From: an uncultured Nitrospiraceae bacterium | Lineage (GTDB): Bacteria; Nitrospirota; Thermodesulfovibrionia; Thermodesulfovibrionales; UBA6898 | Assembly (NCBI GenBank): GCA_963811165.1 | Contig: CAWEQH010000004.1 | Span: 704,001 to 768,000 of the forward strand | Reading direction: 5' to 3' | Length of the DNA: 64,000 nt | In this document: positions 19,661 through 27,677 of the stretch, piece after piece | Numbering within the stretch: the stretch's first letter is position 1 | Layout of the letters: the number at the start of each line of letters is the position of its first letter | Translations under genes and position numbers: made by a program | Notes under the pieces: generated by a model | Told to the model about the DNA's origin: nothing | Database searches by the model: none | What the model saw: only the letters and a program-made list of their open reading frames with translations

Positions 19661-20833
19661 TCAGCCCCTCACCACTTCGTCCGGATCAGTGATCGCCGAC
19701 TTCCAGGAAGGTATGATCGTAGAAGCGATATAAGGGATGACGGTCAGCGCCATCAGCATCACGATCTGATAAGGGTCGATGAAAGGGGTGAGCCTGAAAT
19801 CCGGATAGATTACGGACCATCCTTTCAGGGCCGGAGCGAAGATGGAAGCCCCGAAGAAGTAGACATGCAGGTACGCAAATATTACCCCCATGAGAAAGGA
19901 CGAAAGCGAGATGACGAGACCCTCCCAGAATTTCATCTCGAGTATGTCGGAGGTCTCCCATCCTATGGCCTTAAGGATGCCTATTTCTTTTTTCTCCTCT
20001 GCGCTCAGGCCCGATGCCTTGTCCCACGCAAGGATGATAAACGCAACGAGCGCCCCGGCAAAGAGGGTCACGATCAGCCCCGACCTCCAGCCAAAGACCG
20101 CATCGTAGGTGCGTATGATCTCCTTCCTGAGAATCGGCCTTGTGTCGGGGAACTCTGCCCTGATCTTTCCGGCGATGACCGGCGCCTCGGCCTCATTGCT
20201 TACCGAGACCGCAAGGTCGGTGGCCATTCCCTTGGGCATACCGAACAACTTTACGACATCGGGTTGGCTGATCACGAGAAGGTCTGCGGTGAGAAGTTCG
20301 GACTCGGATTCGAAGATGCCGATGACCTGGAAGTCCATGAGATCACCTGAAGAGGAAAGAAGAGAGATAGTGCCGCCCAGGTCTACGAACCTTACCTTCG
20401 CTACCCCCCTGCCCACGGCCGCAACGCCTGTTTCGTCTTTCCCGGGCAGCCGTCCCCTTAGCATGCGGTTGTTCGCCGAAACCGCTGTGGAGGCGGCAAC
20501 GATCGTATAATTCGCCTTTACGAGCGTATCATAATAATATCCCCAGTAATGGGGTTCGACAGAGGATACACCGGGGACTCCTTCAATATATTTGGCGATC
20601 TTTACAGGGATTAGCTCGTGCCGTCCCGCGGACATCCTCTGGACGATCAACTCCGGCGAGCCCTTCAATATAAGCAGGGCCTCGCGCTTGAAGGAATAGG
20701 AAAGGAATAGTATCGAGCCCGTGATGAAGACGATGAATGTAAATACCAGGATAATGCCTGCGTTTTTGAACTTTCTTCTTAGAAGCGACTGGAGCGTAAA
20801 GTCCAGGACGTTGACGTGGCTGTTGAGGCTCAT
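19661..20833 (-). CDS. ABC transporter permease (FtsX/MacB family)
   Basis: One TM + periplasmic domain + three TM; EIGILKAIGW. Confidence 0.9.
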   Translation of the reverse strand: MSLNSHVNVLDFTLQSLLRRKFKNAGIILVFTFIVFITGSILFLSYSFKREALLILKGSPELIVQRMSAGRHELIPVKIAKYIEGVPGVSSVEPHYWGYYYDTLVKANYTIVAASTAVSANNRMLRGRLPGKDETGVAAVGRGVAKVRFVDLGGTISLLSSSGDLMDFQVIGIFESESELLTADLLVISQPDVVKLFGMPKGMATDLAVSVSNEAEAPVIAGKIRAEFPDTRPILRKEIIRTYDAVFGWRSGLIVTLFAGALVAFIILAWDKASGLSAEEKKEIGILKAIGWETSDILEMKFWEGLVISLSSFLMGVIFAYLHVYFFGASIFAPALKGWSVIYPDFRLTPFIDPYQIVMLMALTVIPYIASTIIPSWKSAITDPDEVVRG

Positions 20834-21147
20834 CGGCCTTTCACTTTCATCTCGGTGCCCAGAAGACTGAAATCCGGAGGTGGCGTGACAGAACCTGAAG
20901 GGAAATGTTCTATCGAGCCGGGGTAGTCCTGAAATGCCGAGAAGAGGTCCGCCTGCGAGGGGTTCCTCGTGTAACGGGCATCGTTTGTAAAGGAGAGGTC
21001 CGTCAGTTTGAGTGCCGAGGTGATCTCATTAAGATCGCGGCCTTCACTTAGGAACCTCGATACGGATACCGCGGAAGTCGCCGCCAGAAAAGAGATCGTC
21101 AGCAGGCAGATCAGAATAAAAAAGAAAAAGACGCGCGATTTGCGCAA
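20830..21147 (-). CDS. membrane-anchored hypothetical protein
   Basis: Translationally coupled within the operon; LTDLS..DARYTRNPSQAD..FQDYP..EHFPSGS. Confidence 0.75.
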   Translation of the reverse strand: MRKSRVFFFFILICLLTISFLAATSAVSVSRFLSEGRDLNEITSALKLTDLSFTNDARYTRNPSQADLFSAFQDYPGSIEHFPSGSVTPPPDFSLLGTEMKVKGR

Positions 21148-21633
21148 TTACTGTAGGTCCTCCTTCCTTACCTCATCGAACCTCAGCATCTTTTTGCCGT
21201 GGTGGTCCTTCATGAACTCCTTCGCCTTCCCGATTGATTCGACAGGGACCAGCTCAACACCCATTGGACCGTTAACGTCGCTGCCCTGAATGAAGAAGAG
21301 TTTCCTGGCGTCGGCAAGCTTGGCAGAGTAATATTCGGTCACATACATCGCGTCGATGTCCGCCTGTTTCTTTGAGGGGTTATACTTGGCAAGGTTGAAA
21401 TAGTACCTGAACATGTCCTTCGGGCCGTCGAAGAAGGCATAGGTCCCGTCGGTAAAAATGATCTGAGAGATCCAGTTGGGGTACCCCGCGACCAGCATGC
21501 CGCATACCTGGCATTTGTCGCTCTTTTTCACCTCGACCGGCTTCCTCTGCGCAGCCTGCGTCACCCCACAGATAGAAAGAAGCGCCGCAGCCGCTACCAT
21601 GAACCCCGAGATAAATTTCACTGTTTTTCCCAT
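21148..21633 (-). CDS. NosL-family metal-binding protein
   Basis: Signal peptide; CQVCGM, FFDGPKDM, GSDVNGPMG.ELVP, F.KDH.G. Confidence 0.88.
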   Translation of the reverse strand: MGKTVKFISGFMVAAAALLSICGVTQAAQRKPVEVKKSDKCQVCGMLVAGYPNWISQIIFTDGTYAFFDGPKDMFRYYFNLAKYNPSKKQADIDAMYVTEYYSAKLADARKLFFIQGSDVNGPMGVELVPVESIGKAKEFMKDHHGKKMLRFDEVRKEDLQ

Positions 21634-21825
21634 GATGCCTCCTTCTCTAAAGAGATGAATATGGTCGTAGTCATAATTCCAGGACAGTTAATATTATATA
21701 TCATGATTTGACGTCGATGTCTCAATAAAGATGAAATCGTTTTAAAAAAGGATTTTCTATGGTAAAATAACCGAAACTTTAGGATATTTGGCAGCTTCCC
21801 AGCCGCCGTGAGGAGAAAGTGGACT

Positions 21826-23562
21826 ATGAAAATATCAGGCGCGGAAATATTCATAGAATGTCTTAAGAAGGAGGGCGTGAAGTATCTGTTTGGCTACCCC
21901 GGCGGCGTTGTCCTTAATATATTCGATTACCTCCATGATGAAAAAGAGCTTCAGCTCATCCTGACAAGGCACGAACAGGGAGCAGTCCATGCCGCCGACG
22001 GCTATGCAAGGGCGACCGGAAAGGCCGGTGTGGTGCTGGTAACCTCAGGGCCCGGCGCGACAAATACAGTCACCGGGATCGCTACCGCATCGATGGATTC
22101 AATACCGCTCGTCATCTTTTCGGGACAGGTGCCGACGATGCTTATCGGCAATGATGCGTTCCAGGAGGCCGACATAGTCGGGATCACGAGGCCCTGCACG
22201 AAATACAATTATCTGGTCAAAGATGTGAACGAGCTCTCGACGATCATCAAAGAGGCCTTCTATATCGCAACGACCGGCAGGCCGGGGCCTGTCCTCATCG
22301 ACCTTCCGAAGGACGTTACGACGGCGAAGGCGGACTTTGTCTGGCCTGAGTCGGTCAATATGAGGACTTATAAGCCGACCTACGAGGGCAACCGCTACAT
22401 GATAAGCCAGGCGGCGCATATGATCGCCAAGGCCAAAAAACCCGTTTTTGTCGGGGGTGGCGGGGTGATCAGTTCGGGTGCGGCAAAGGAACTGAAGGAA
22501 CTTGCAGAATATGCCGAGATACCGGTTACGATGACCCTGATGGGTCTCGGCGGTTTTCCCGGCAGTCACAAGCTTTCGCTCGGAATGCCCGGCATGCACG
22601 GTACGTATTATGCAAACAAGGCGATACAGGAGTCCGATCTCCTCGTTGCAATAGGTATGCGCTTCGACGACCGGGTCACCGGCAAGATCAGCGCCTTTGC
22701 CCCTAATGCCAAGATAGTCCATATAGATATCGACCCTACGTCCATCAAAAAGAACGTGCGCGTCGATGTTCCGATAGTAGGCGATGTAAAAAAGGTTCTC
22801 CAGGCCATGAGCAAAGTCCTCAAAGAAGAAGTCAAGGAGCAGTGGCAGGAGGTGAGAAAGGCGTGGCTCAAACAGATAAGCGCCTGGAAGGCTGAAAGAC
22901 CGATGTCTTATGAAAAGGGCACGGACATCATAAAGCCCCAGTATGTCGTCGAAAAGATAAATGAGCTTACGAAAGGCGATGCGATAATTTGCACTGAGGT
23001 CGGACAGAACCAGATGTGGACCGCACAGTTTTACAAGTTCGATAAACCCCGCACACTCCTTACTTCCGGGGGGCTTGGAACAATGGGGTATGGCTTCCCT
23101 GCAGCGTTGGGCGCGCAGTTTGCCTTCCCGAACAAACTGGTCATCGACATTGCCGGCGACGGGAGCATCCAGATGAACATACAGGAACTGGCCACTGCGG
23201 TCATCAACAAACTTCCGGTCAAGGTCGCGATACTTAATAACAGGTTTCTGGGGATGGTGAGACAGTGGCAGGAACTTTTCTTCAAGGAGAGGTACGCGCA
23301 TACGAAACTCGAGGAGACGATACCCGACTTCGTCAAGATCGCCGAGGCCTACGGAGCGGTCGGACTGAGGGCGACAAAAAGCTCCGAAGTGGAGCCTGTC
23401 CTTAAGGAGGCGTTCAGCATCAGGCGGCCGGTCTTTATGGATTTCGTCATCGACTGGAAGGAGAAGGTCTACCCGATGGTCCCTGCCGGCGCTGCGATCG
23501 ACGAGATGCTCTTCCGCGAAGAAGAGAAAAAGTCCGAGAAGAAACTGAGGGCGGTCAAGTAA
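21826..23562 (+). CDS. ilvB: acetolactate synthase large subunit
   Basis: FGYPGG, RHEQGA, TSGPGATN, RFDDRVTG, SGGLGTMG, GDGSIQMN, GMVRQWQ. Confidence 0.97.
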   Translation: MKISGAEIFIECLKKEGVKYLFGYPGGVVLNIFDYLHDEKELQLILTRHEQGAVHAADGYARATGKAGVVLVTSGPGATNTVTGIATASMDSIPLVIFSGQVPTMLIGNDAFQEADIVGITRPCTKYNYLVKDVNELSTIIKEAFYIATTGRPGPVLIDLPKDVTTAKADFVWPESVNMRTYKPTYEGNRYMISQAAHMIAKAKKPVFVGGGGVISSGAAKELKELAEYAEIPVTMTLMGLGGFPGSHKLSLGMPGMHGTYYANKAIQESDLLVAIGMRFDDRVTGKISAFAPNAKIVHIDIDPTSIKKNVRVDVPIVGDVKKVLQAMSKVLKEEVKEQWQEVRKAWLKQISAWKAERPMSYEKGTDIIKPQYVVEKINELTKGDAIICTEVGQNQMWTAQFYKFDKPRTLLTSGGLGTMGYGFPAALGAQFAFPNKLVIDIAGDGSIQMNIQELATAVINKLPVKVAILNNRFLGMVRQWQELFFKERYAHTKLEETIPDFVKIAEAYGAVGLRATKSSEVEPVLKEAFSIRRPVFMDFVIDWKEKVYPMVPAGAAIDEMLFREEEKKSEKKLRAVK

Positions 23563-23611
23563 AACGGATACCCCCTTTCGGGGGGATTAAAGAGGGTTAT
23601 AGAGGAGAGCT

Positions 23612-24100
23612 ATGAGACACACAATATCGATACTCGTTGAGAATAAATTCGGCGTGCTTTCCAGGATTTCAGGCCTGTTCAGCGGAAGGGGATACAACAT
23701 AGAAAGCCTCTCCGTCGGCGAGACGATAGACCCGCAGGTCTCGGTCATGACGATCGTGACGGTCGGAGACGACTGGATCATAGAGCAGATCACGAAACAG
23801 CTTAACAAGCTCATAGACGTGATCAAGGTAGTGGACATGACCGAACTCGACCATGTCGAGCGGGAGATGGTGCTCATAAAAGTCGCCCCCCGGCAGGAGG
23901 ACAAGGCGGAGGTCCTTAGGCTTGCCGAGATCTTCAGGGGCAGGGTGATCGACTCGAGCCAAAAGACCTATACTATAGAGATCACCGGGGAAGAAAAAAA
24001 GATAGAGGCCCTCGTAGAGCTCCTTAAGCCTATGGGGATCAAGGAATTCGTAAGGACCGGCAAGATCGCGATCGCAAGGGAAGGCACCAAGAAGCCGTAA
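23612..24100 (+). CDS. ilvN: acetolactate synthase small (regulatory) subunit
   Basis: [40 protein letters not shown]. Confidence 0.97.
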   Translation: MRHTISILVENKFGVLSRISGLFSGRGYNIESLSVGETIDPQVSVMTIVTVGDDWIIEQITKQLNKLIDVIKVVDMTELDHVEREMVLIKVAPRQEDKAEVLRLAEIFRGRVIDSSQKTYTIEITGEEKKIEALVELLKPMGIKEFVRTGKIAIAREGTKKP

Positions 24101-24143
24101 GGTTAACGGACACGGTTATCTCCCTTTTTGACCTGTGCTAGGT

Positions 24144-24485
24144 CTACCGCGCCCTGGCCCCGGGATAGGTGCCTTTCTTTGTTACCGGGCAGCAAGGCGG
24201 GGCAGGCAATTCCTCTTTATATTCTCTGTCGATCAGGGCGATAAGGTCGGGTATCATCGGGTCCTTAAGAAAATAGCATTTCAATCTTCCGTCTACAAAA
24301 AAATCGATCAGCCCGTACCTTCTCATGAGGGAAAGATGCTGGGAAACATTCGGCTGGCGAATATCGAGGAACTCTTCAAAATCGCTTACGCACTTCACCC
24401 CTTCTCTCAGTTCTCTAAGAATCTTGATCCTTACAGGGTGGGCGATGACTTTCAGCACCTCTGTTTTCCTGTCTATCTCGGTCAT
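24144..24485 (-). CDS. ArsR/SmtB-family regulator with C-terminal CC tail
   Basis: LKVIAHPVRIKIL, CV..QPNVSQHL, tail PAPPCCPVTKKGTYPG. Confidence 0.9.
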   Translation of the reverse strand: MTEIDRKTEVLKVIAHPVRIKILRELREGVKCVSDFEEFLDIRQPNVSQHLSLMRRYGLIDFFVDGRLKCYFLKDPMIPDLIALIDREYKEELPAPPCCPVTKKGTYPGARAR

Positions 24486-24659
24486 AGTAACTCCTTAGCG
24501 CCTCTTAATAATAATTAATGAAGAGGGACGTTATCAATAACAAAGTGGTAGCTGCGTCCGTCCTTTGTGAGGATGTTGTGACGCGAACAAGGACTTTGCG
24601 GACAGCGCTCGCCAGTTTGGATGCGCTTCCCGGTTTTCCGATTTTTCGCATGCCTTTTT

Positions 24660-25850
24660 TCAGTACGGCCAGTTGCTCAGACCATGCTTCATCTTGTAGA
24701 GAAAGTACCGTTCAAACGATGCCTTGAGCCATTTCACCCAGACACCTTTTCTCGTATACGACTCTTGCCTCGGCGGAAGGGCGGGTGCCGCCTTCATAAT
24801 GGCGCCGGTATGCCCCATGTCCATGAGACAGACGACATCGATATCGGCTGCGGCAGGCGGAGACGTCCCTCTGATGTCTGAGACAATCGTCGCAGCAGCG
24901 GTCTTCGCCATCTTTACCGTCATGAAGCCGGTCTTTGGGACGCCGACAGGAACGGGTGTCGGTTCCGGAGGAGCTATGGCCATAGTCACTCCGACGGCGA
25001 AGATATTCCTGTATTTCGTGTGCCGGTAGTTTTTGTCAACGGGGATGAACCCTCTGGGATTGCCGAGCGGCGCAACAGCGGGAACACCCTTGAAAGGGGG
25101 TGCTATCATGGCGAGGTTGAAGGGTATTTTTGAGCCGTCCTTGAGCCTTATTTCTCCCGGCGCCACCTCCTGAATAGACTGGCTTGTTAATGGCTTTATG
25201 TCCCGCTCCGCAAATTCGTCCTCCATCAACCTCTTCGATTTTCCGAGACCGCCGATTCCCATATGGCCCAGGTAAGGCTCTGACGTCAGGTAGAGAATTG
25301 GTACCTCGTGGCGCATCTTCCTTCTTCGGAGTTCGGCATCCATCTCGAAGGCGAGCTCGTAGGATGGTCCGAAACAGCTCACCATCTGGGCGGAGCCGAC
25401 GACGACCGGCCCGGGCGTTTCGATAATCTTTCTCCAGCTCTGCGCGGTTCTTACCGCGTGGGCGAGCGTGAACGTGCAGTCTGTGTGCCCTTTGTCGGGT
25501 CCCAGTCCGGGTATCTCTTCGAATGAAAGATAAGGGCCGGTGGAGATGACAAGAAAGTCATAGGCCGTCTCCCCCGCCGCTGTAAGGACTTTGCCTGAGT
25601 CAGGGTCCACCTGTTTTGCCGCTTCATGGATAAAATTTATCCCCTTCGGTCTAAGTATCTCGCTGACTTTAAGGGTTATGTCTTCCGGCTTCCTCCAGCC
25701 CATGATAAGCCAGGGAAGAGAAGGCAGGAATATAAATCTGTCATCATCGCTGATGACGGTTATATCAACACCCTTGCCAAGCAGCCTTTTCAACTCTAGA
25801 GCCGCTGTCAGACCTCCAAAAGAACCTCCCAGGACAACTATCTTCGCCAT
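24660..25850 (-). CDS. sqr: sulfide:quinone oxidoreductase-family flavoprotein
   Basis: VLGGSFGG FAD motif, SCFGPSYE, PVGVPKTG, CLMDMG, amphipathic C-terminus. Confidence 0.8.
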   Translation of the reverse strand: MAKIVVLGGSFGGLTAALELKRLLGKGVDITVISDDDRFIFLPSLPWLIMGWRKPEDITLKVSEILRPKGINFIHEAAKQVDPDSGKVLTAAGETAYDFLVISTGPYLSFEEIPGLGPDKGHTDCTFTLAHAVRTAQSWRKIIETPGPVVVGSAQMVSCFGPSYELAFEMDAELRRRKMRHEVPILYLTSEPYLGHMGIGGLGKSKRLMEDEFAERDIKPLTSQSIQEVAPGEIRLKDGSKIPFNLAMIAPPFKGVPAVAPLGNPRGFIPVDKNYRHTKYRNIFAVGVTMAIAPPEPTPVPVGVPKTGFMTVKMAKTAAATIVSDIRGTSPPAAADIDVVCLMDMGHTGAIMKAAPALPPRQESYTRKGVWVKWLKASFERYFLYKMKHGLSNWPY

Positions 25851-25942
25851 GATACCTCCCTTTGCTATAGTGATGAGAAGCGAGCCGGATGCTATGTAAT
25901 TTTTTTCTCATACCCTGTCACTCGCAGCTTTCCGCGCCTCCT

Positions 25943-26230
25943 TCAAAACATTCCGATAACCTTATCGCTTTCCGTCATAAGATCAACGAGACTATCGTAA
26001 TTAATGACCTTAATGTCTCTGTACTCACCACTGCCTTTTATGCCGCGCAATTCTTTGTCATCTTCAAGAACATATGCCTTCCCGGCAAACCCCGAGTCTT
26101 CCAGATTCGGTCCCTCGATAAAATAAACCCCGTTTTGCAAAAGGACGATATCCGAGTGCATCTGACAGGAGAGTCTTACGCCCCTTTTCCCCTCCGGTGT
26201 ATCAGGACCGCTTTTTATGAAAACAATCAT
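25943..26230 (-). CDS. DsrH/TusB-like sulfur relay protein
   Basis: VLLQNGVY, YVLEDDKELRG, INYDSLVDL. Confidence 0.82.
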   Translation of the reverse strand: MIVFIKSGPDTPEGKRGVRLSCQMHSDIVLLQNGVYFIEGPNLEDSGFAGKAYVLEDDKELRGIKGSGEYRDIKVINYDSLVDLMTESDKVIGMF

Positions 26231-26264
26231 AGTGCCTCCTCAAGTTCAACTTCTTGGTACCCAA

Positions 26265-26618
26265 CTAAAAAATCATTGTGATCTCAGAATCGCTGAGCGC
26301 ATCCGCAATCTCGGAGCCATCTGAGAAAATAATCCCTTCAACCATGTCATCTGTGCGAAGATGAGCGTTTATCATAGAAACGTTATCAGCGTAAACAGAA
26401 ACGCCCATATCGATACAATCCCTGATGCCGTCTTCCGCGCTCAGATAACTGGTGCCCGATATGTCCTGACCTTTCCGGGCAACGTGCACTCCATTGTCTA
26501 ATAGGATGAGCTTCACATCCATATCTTCGGTCTTCCCGCCAAGGGCGTGCCGTATCGCCTCAGCGGCTTCCACAGAGCCATAGGGCGGCCTTCTCAAGAT
26601 GATACTGATGCCTTTCAT
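26265..26618 (-). CDS. DsrF/TusC-like (DsrE fold) sulfur relay protein
   Basis: RRPPYGS..AAEAIR, LLDNGV...KGQ. Confidence 0.82.
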   Translation of the reverse strand: MKGISIILRRPPYGSVEAAEAIRHALGGKTEDMDVKLILLDNGVHVARKGQDISGTSYLSAEDGIRDCIDMGVSVYADNVSMINAHLRTDDMVEGIIFSDGSEIADALSDSEITMIF

Positions 26619-26626
26619 CTTTCCTC

Positions 26627-26971
26627 CTATACCCCGAGATTCAAAAATATCGGTTTTGATTTGATTACGTTGAAGAGACCTTTCAGGGAACTCATCTGTC
26701 CGCCTTCTATAGAGTCTTCAGCCGCAAGACCGCGGCCCTGCATACAGCCCGTTCAGATGTCTACCTTCAGTCCTCTTCCTACAAGGTCTTCCAATGCCGC
26801 GAGAGATTTTGGGACCTGGCCTTTCACGACCGAAAAGACACCGTCTCCTGAGGCGATAAGCCGCACTTTATGGCCTTTTTTCAGAGCGGCGTCCGCAAGC
26901 ATCAGGATGGTGTGGGTGTTTTCAAAACTATACGGTGTCGTTGAAAAGAACAATGCTATCTCTTTTTGCAT
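26627..26971 (-). CDS. DsrE/TusD-like selenoprotein (in-frame TGA = Sec73, UxxC)
   Basis: TTPYSFEN, GDGV; TGA at 26755-26753 in VDI-U-TGCMQGRG; frame continues 41 codons to TAG 26627 adjacent to the next RBS; hairpin GGCCGC-GGTCTT-GCGGCT after TGA. Confidence 0.85.
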
Positions 26972-26986
26972 GCCGTCTCCCTCTCT

Positions 26987-27253
26987 TTATGGCAGATGCT
27001 CTGTTCTGCCCATCTCCTGAATGATTGCGGATTTGAGCTCCGCAATAGATACATCCTGACCCTTGAATACAATAGTGTCATTGATCGCAACCGAAGGAAA
27101 AATGTTTAATAATCTCCGGCTCCTGAAAGACATCTCAGGCTTTTTGATAATTTCTACGTCGAAGGTATATTTTCTGGATAGTTCCGTGACCACGGATTGA
27201 ATATTCGTTCACCGCTTTCCGGGCGGATCATTGAAATAAAGGGTGATGGTCAT
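26987..27253 (-). CDS. thioredoxin-like selenoprotein (in-frame TGA = Sec15, NDPPGKRU)
   Basis: RBS GAGGAG + ATG 27253; MTITLYFNDPPGKR-U-TNIQSVV...FPSVAIND; hairpin TCCGT-GGTC-ACGGA 12 nt after TGA. Confidence 0.8.
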
Positions 27254-27321
27254 TGCGGCGCGCTCCTCACTGGATGGGTAATAATCTTTAGAATTTCTAC
27301 TCTGTTCCCCTTTGAAAGCAC
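27250..27321 (-). pseudogene. 23-codon remnant of an ArsR-family gene
   Basis: RBS GAGGAG + GTG; RVEILKIITHPVR aligns with KTEVLKVIAHPVR of the ArsR at 24485. Confidence 0.65.
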
Positions 27322-27355
27322 TGTTTTTTTCTCCTCTAATTCATGCTTACATAAA

Positions 27356-27384
27356 AATATATAGATATTTGAATGTATTGTCAA
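27356..27384 (-). promoter_or_regulatory. sigma70 promoter of the selenoprotein/sulfur-relay operon with overlapping AT-rich imperfect palindrome (candidate ArsR operator)
   Basis: TTGACA-N17-TATATT on the minus strand; AATACATTCAAATATCTATATATT dyad. Confidence 0.7.
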
Positions 27385-27396
27385 GAGAGATTTTAA

Positions 27397-27641
27397 CAGG
27401 AGTTCCCCCCAGAAATAGAGTTTTGTCAGGGACAAGTCCCTAATGGATAAAGAGAAACTGAATTGCTGAAGTGGTCGAAGTTGGTTTTTGAAAAATTGGG
27501 GGAACCTTGTGCATAGAAAATGTAATGATAGCCGTCATACCGGCGAAAGTCGGTATCCAGTGACGTTGTCCTAAAGCATGCCCCGGACCCCGATCCGGGG
27601 TCGCCGGACGCCGGATCAGGTCCGGCATGACAGTCAAAGGT
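27397..27641. mobile_element. MITE/REP composite repeat, copy 1 (partial)
   Basis: Close inverted copy of 39655-39875; IR CAGGAGTTCCCCC ... GGGGGAACCTTG; GTCAT-CCGG REP-like hairpins. Confidence 0.85.
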
Positions 27642-27677
27642 GAAGGGCTTTTTTCTGAGCGGCTAAAGGAGGCCCGG

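Noticed and set aside
19277..20350. 357-aa plus-strand ORF
   Set aside because: Antisense shadow of the ABC ATPase/permease genes; no motifs
22099..23301. 400-aa minus-strand ORF
   Set aside because: Antisense shadow of ilvB
23571..23585. GC hairpin between ilvB and ilvN as terminator or attenuator
   Set aside because: No U-tract and no leader peptide; at most an mRNA-stabilising hairpin
24500..24651. Short minus-strand ORF (MRKIGKPGSASKL...) between sqr and arsR
   Set aside because: No recognisable motif and a weak RBS; cannot support it as a gene
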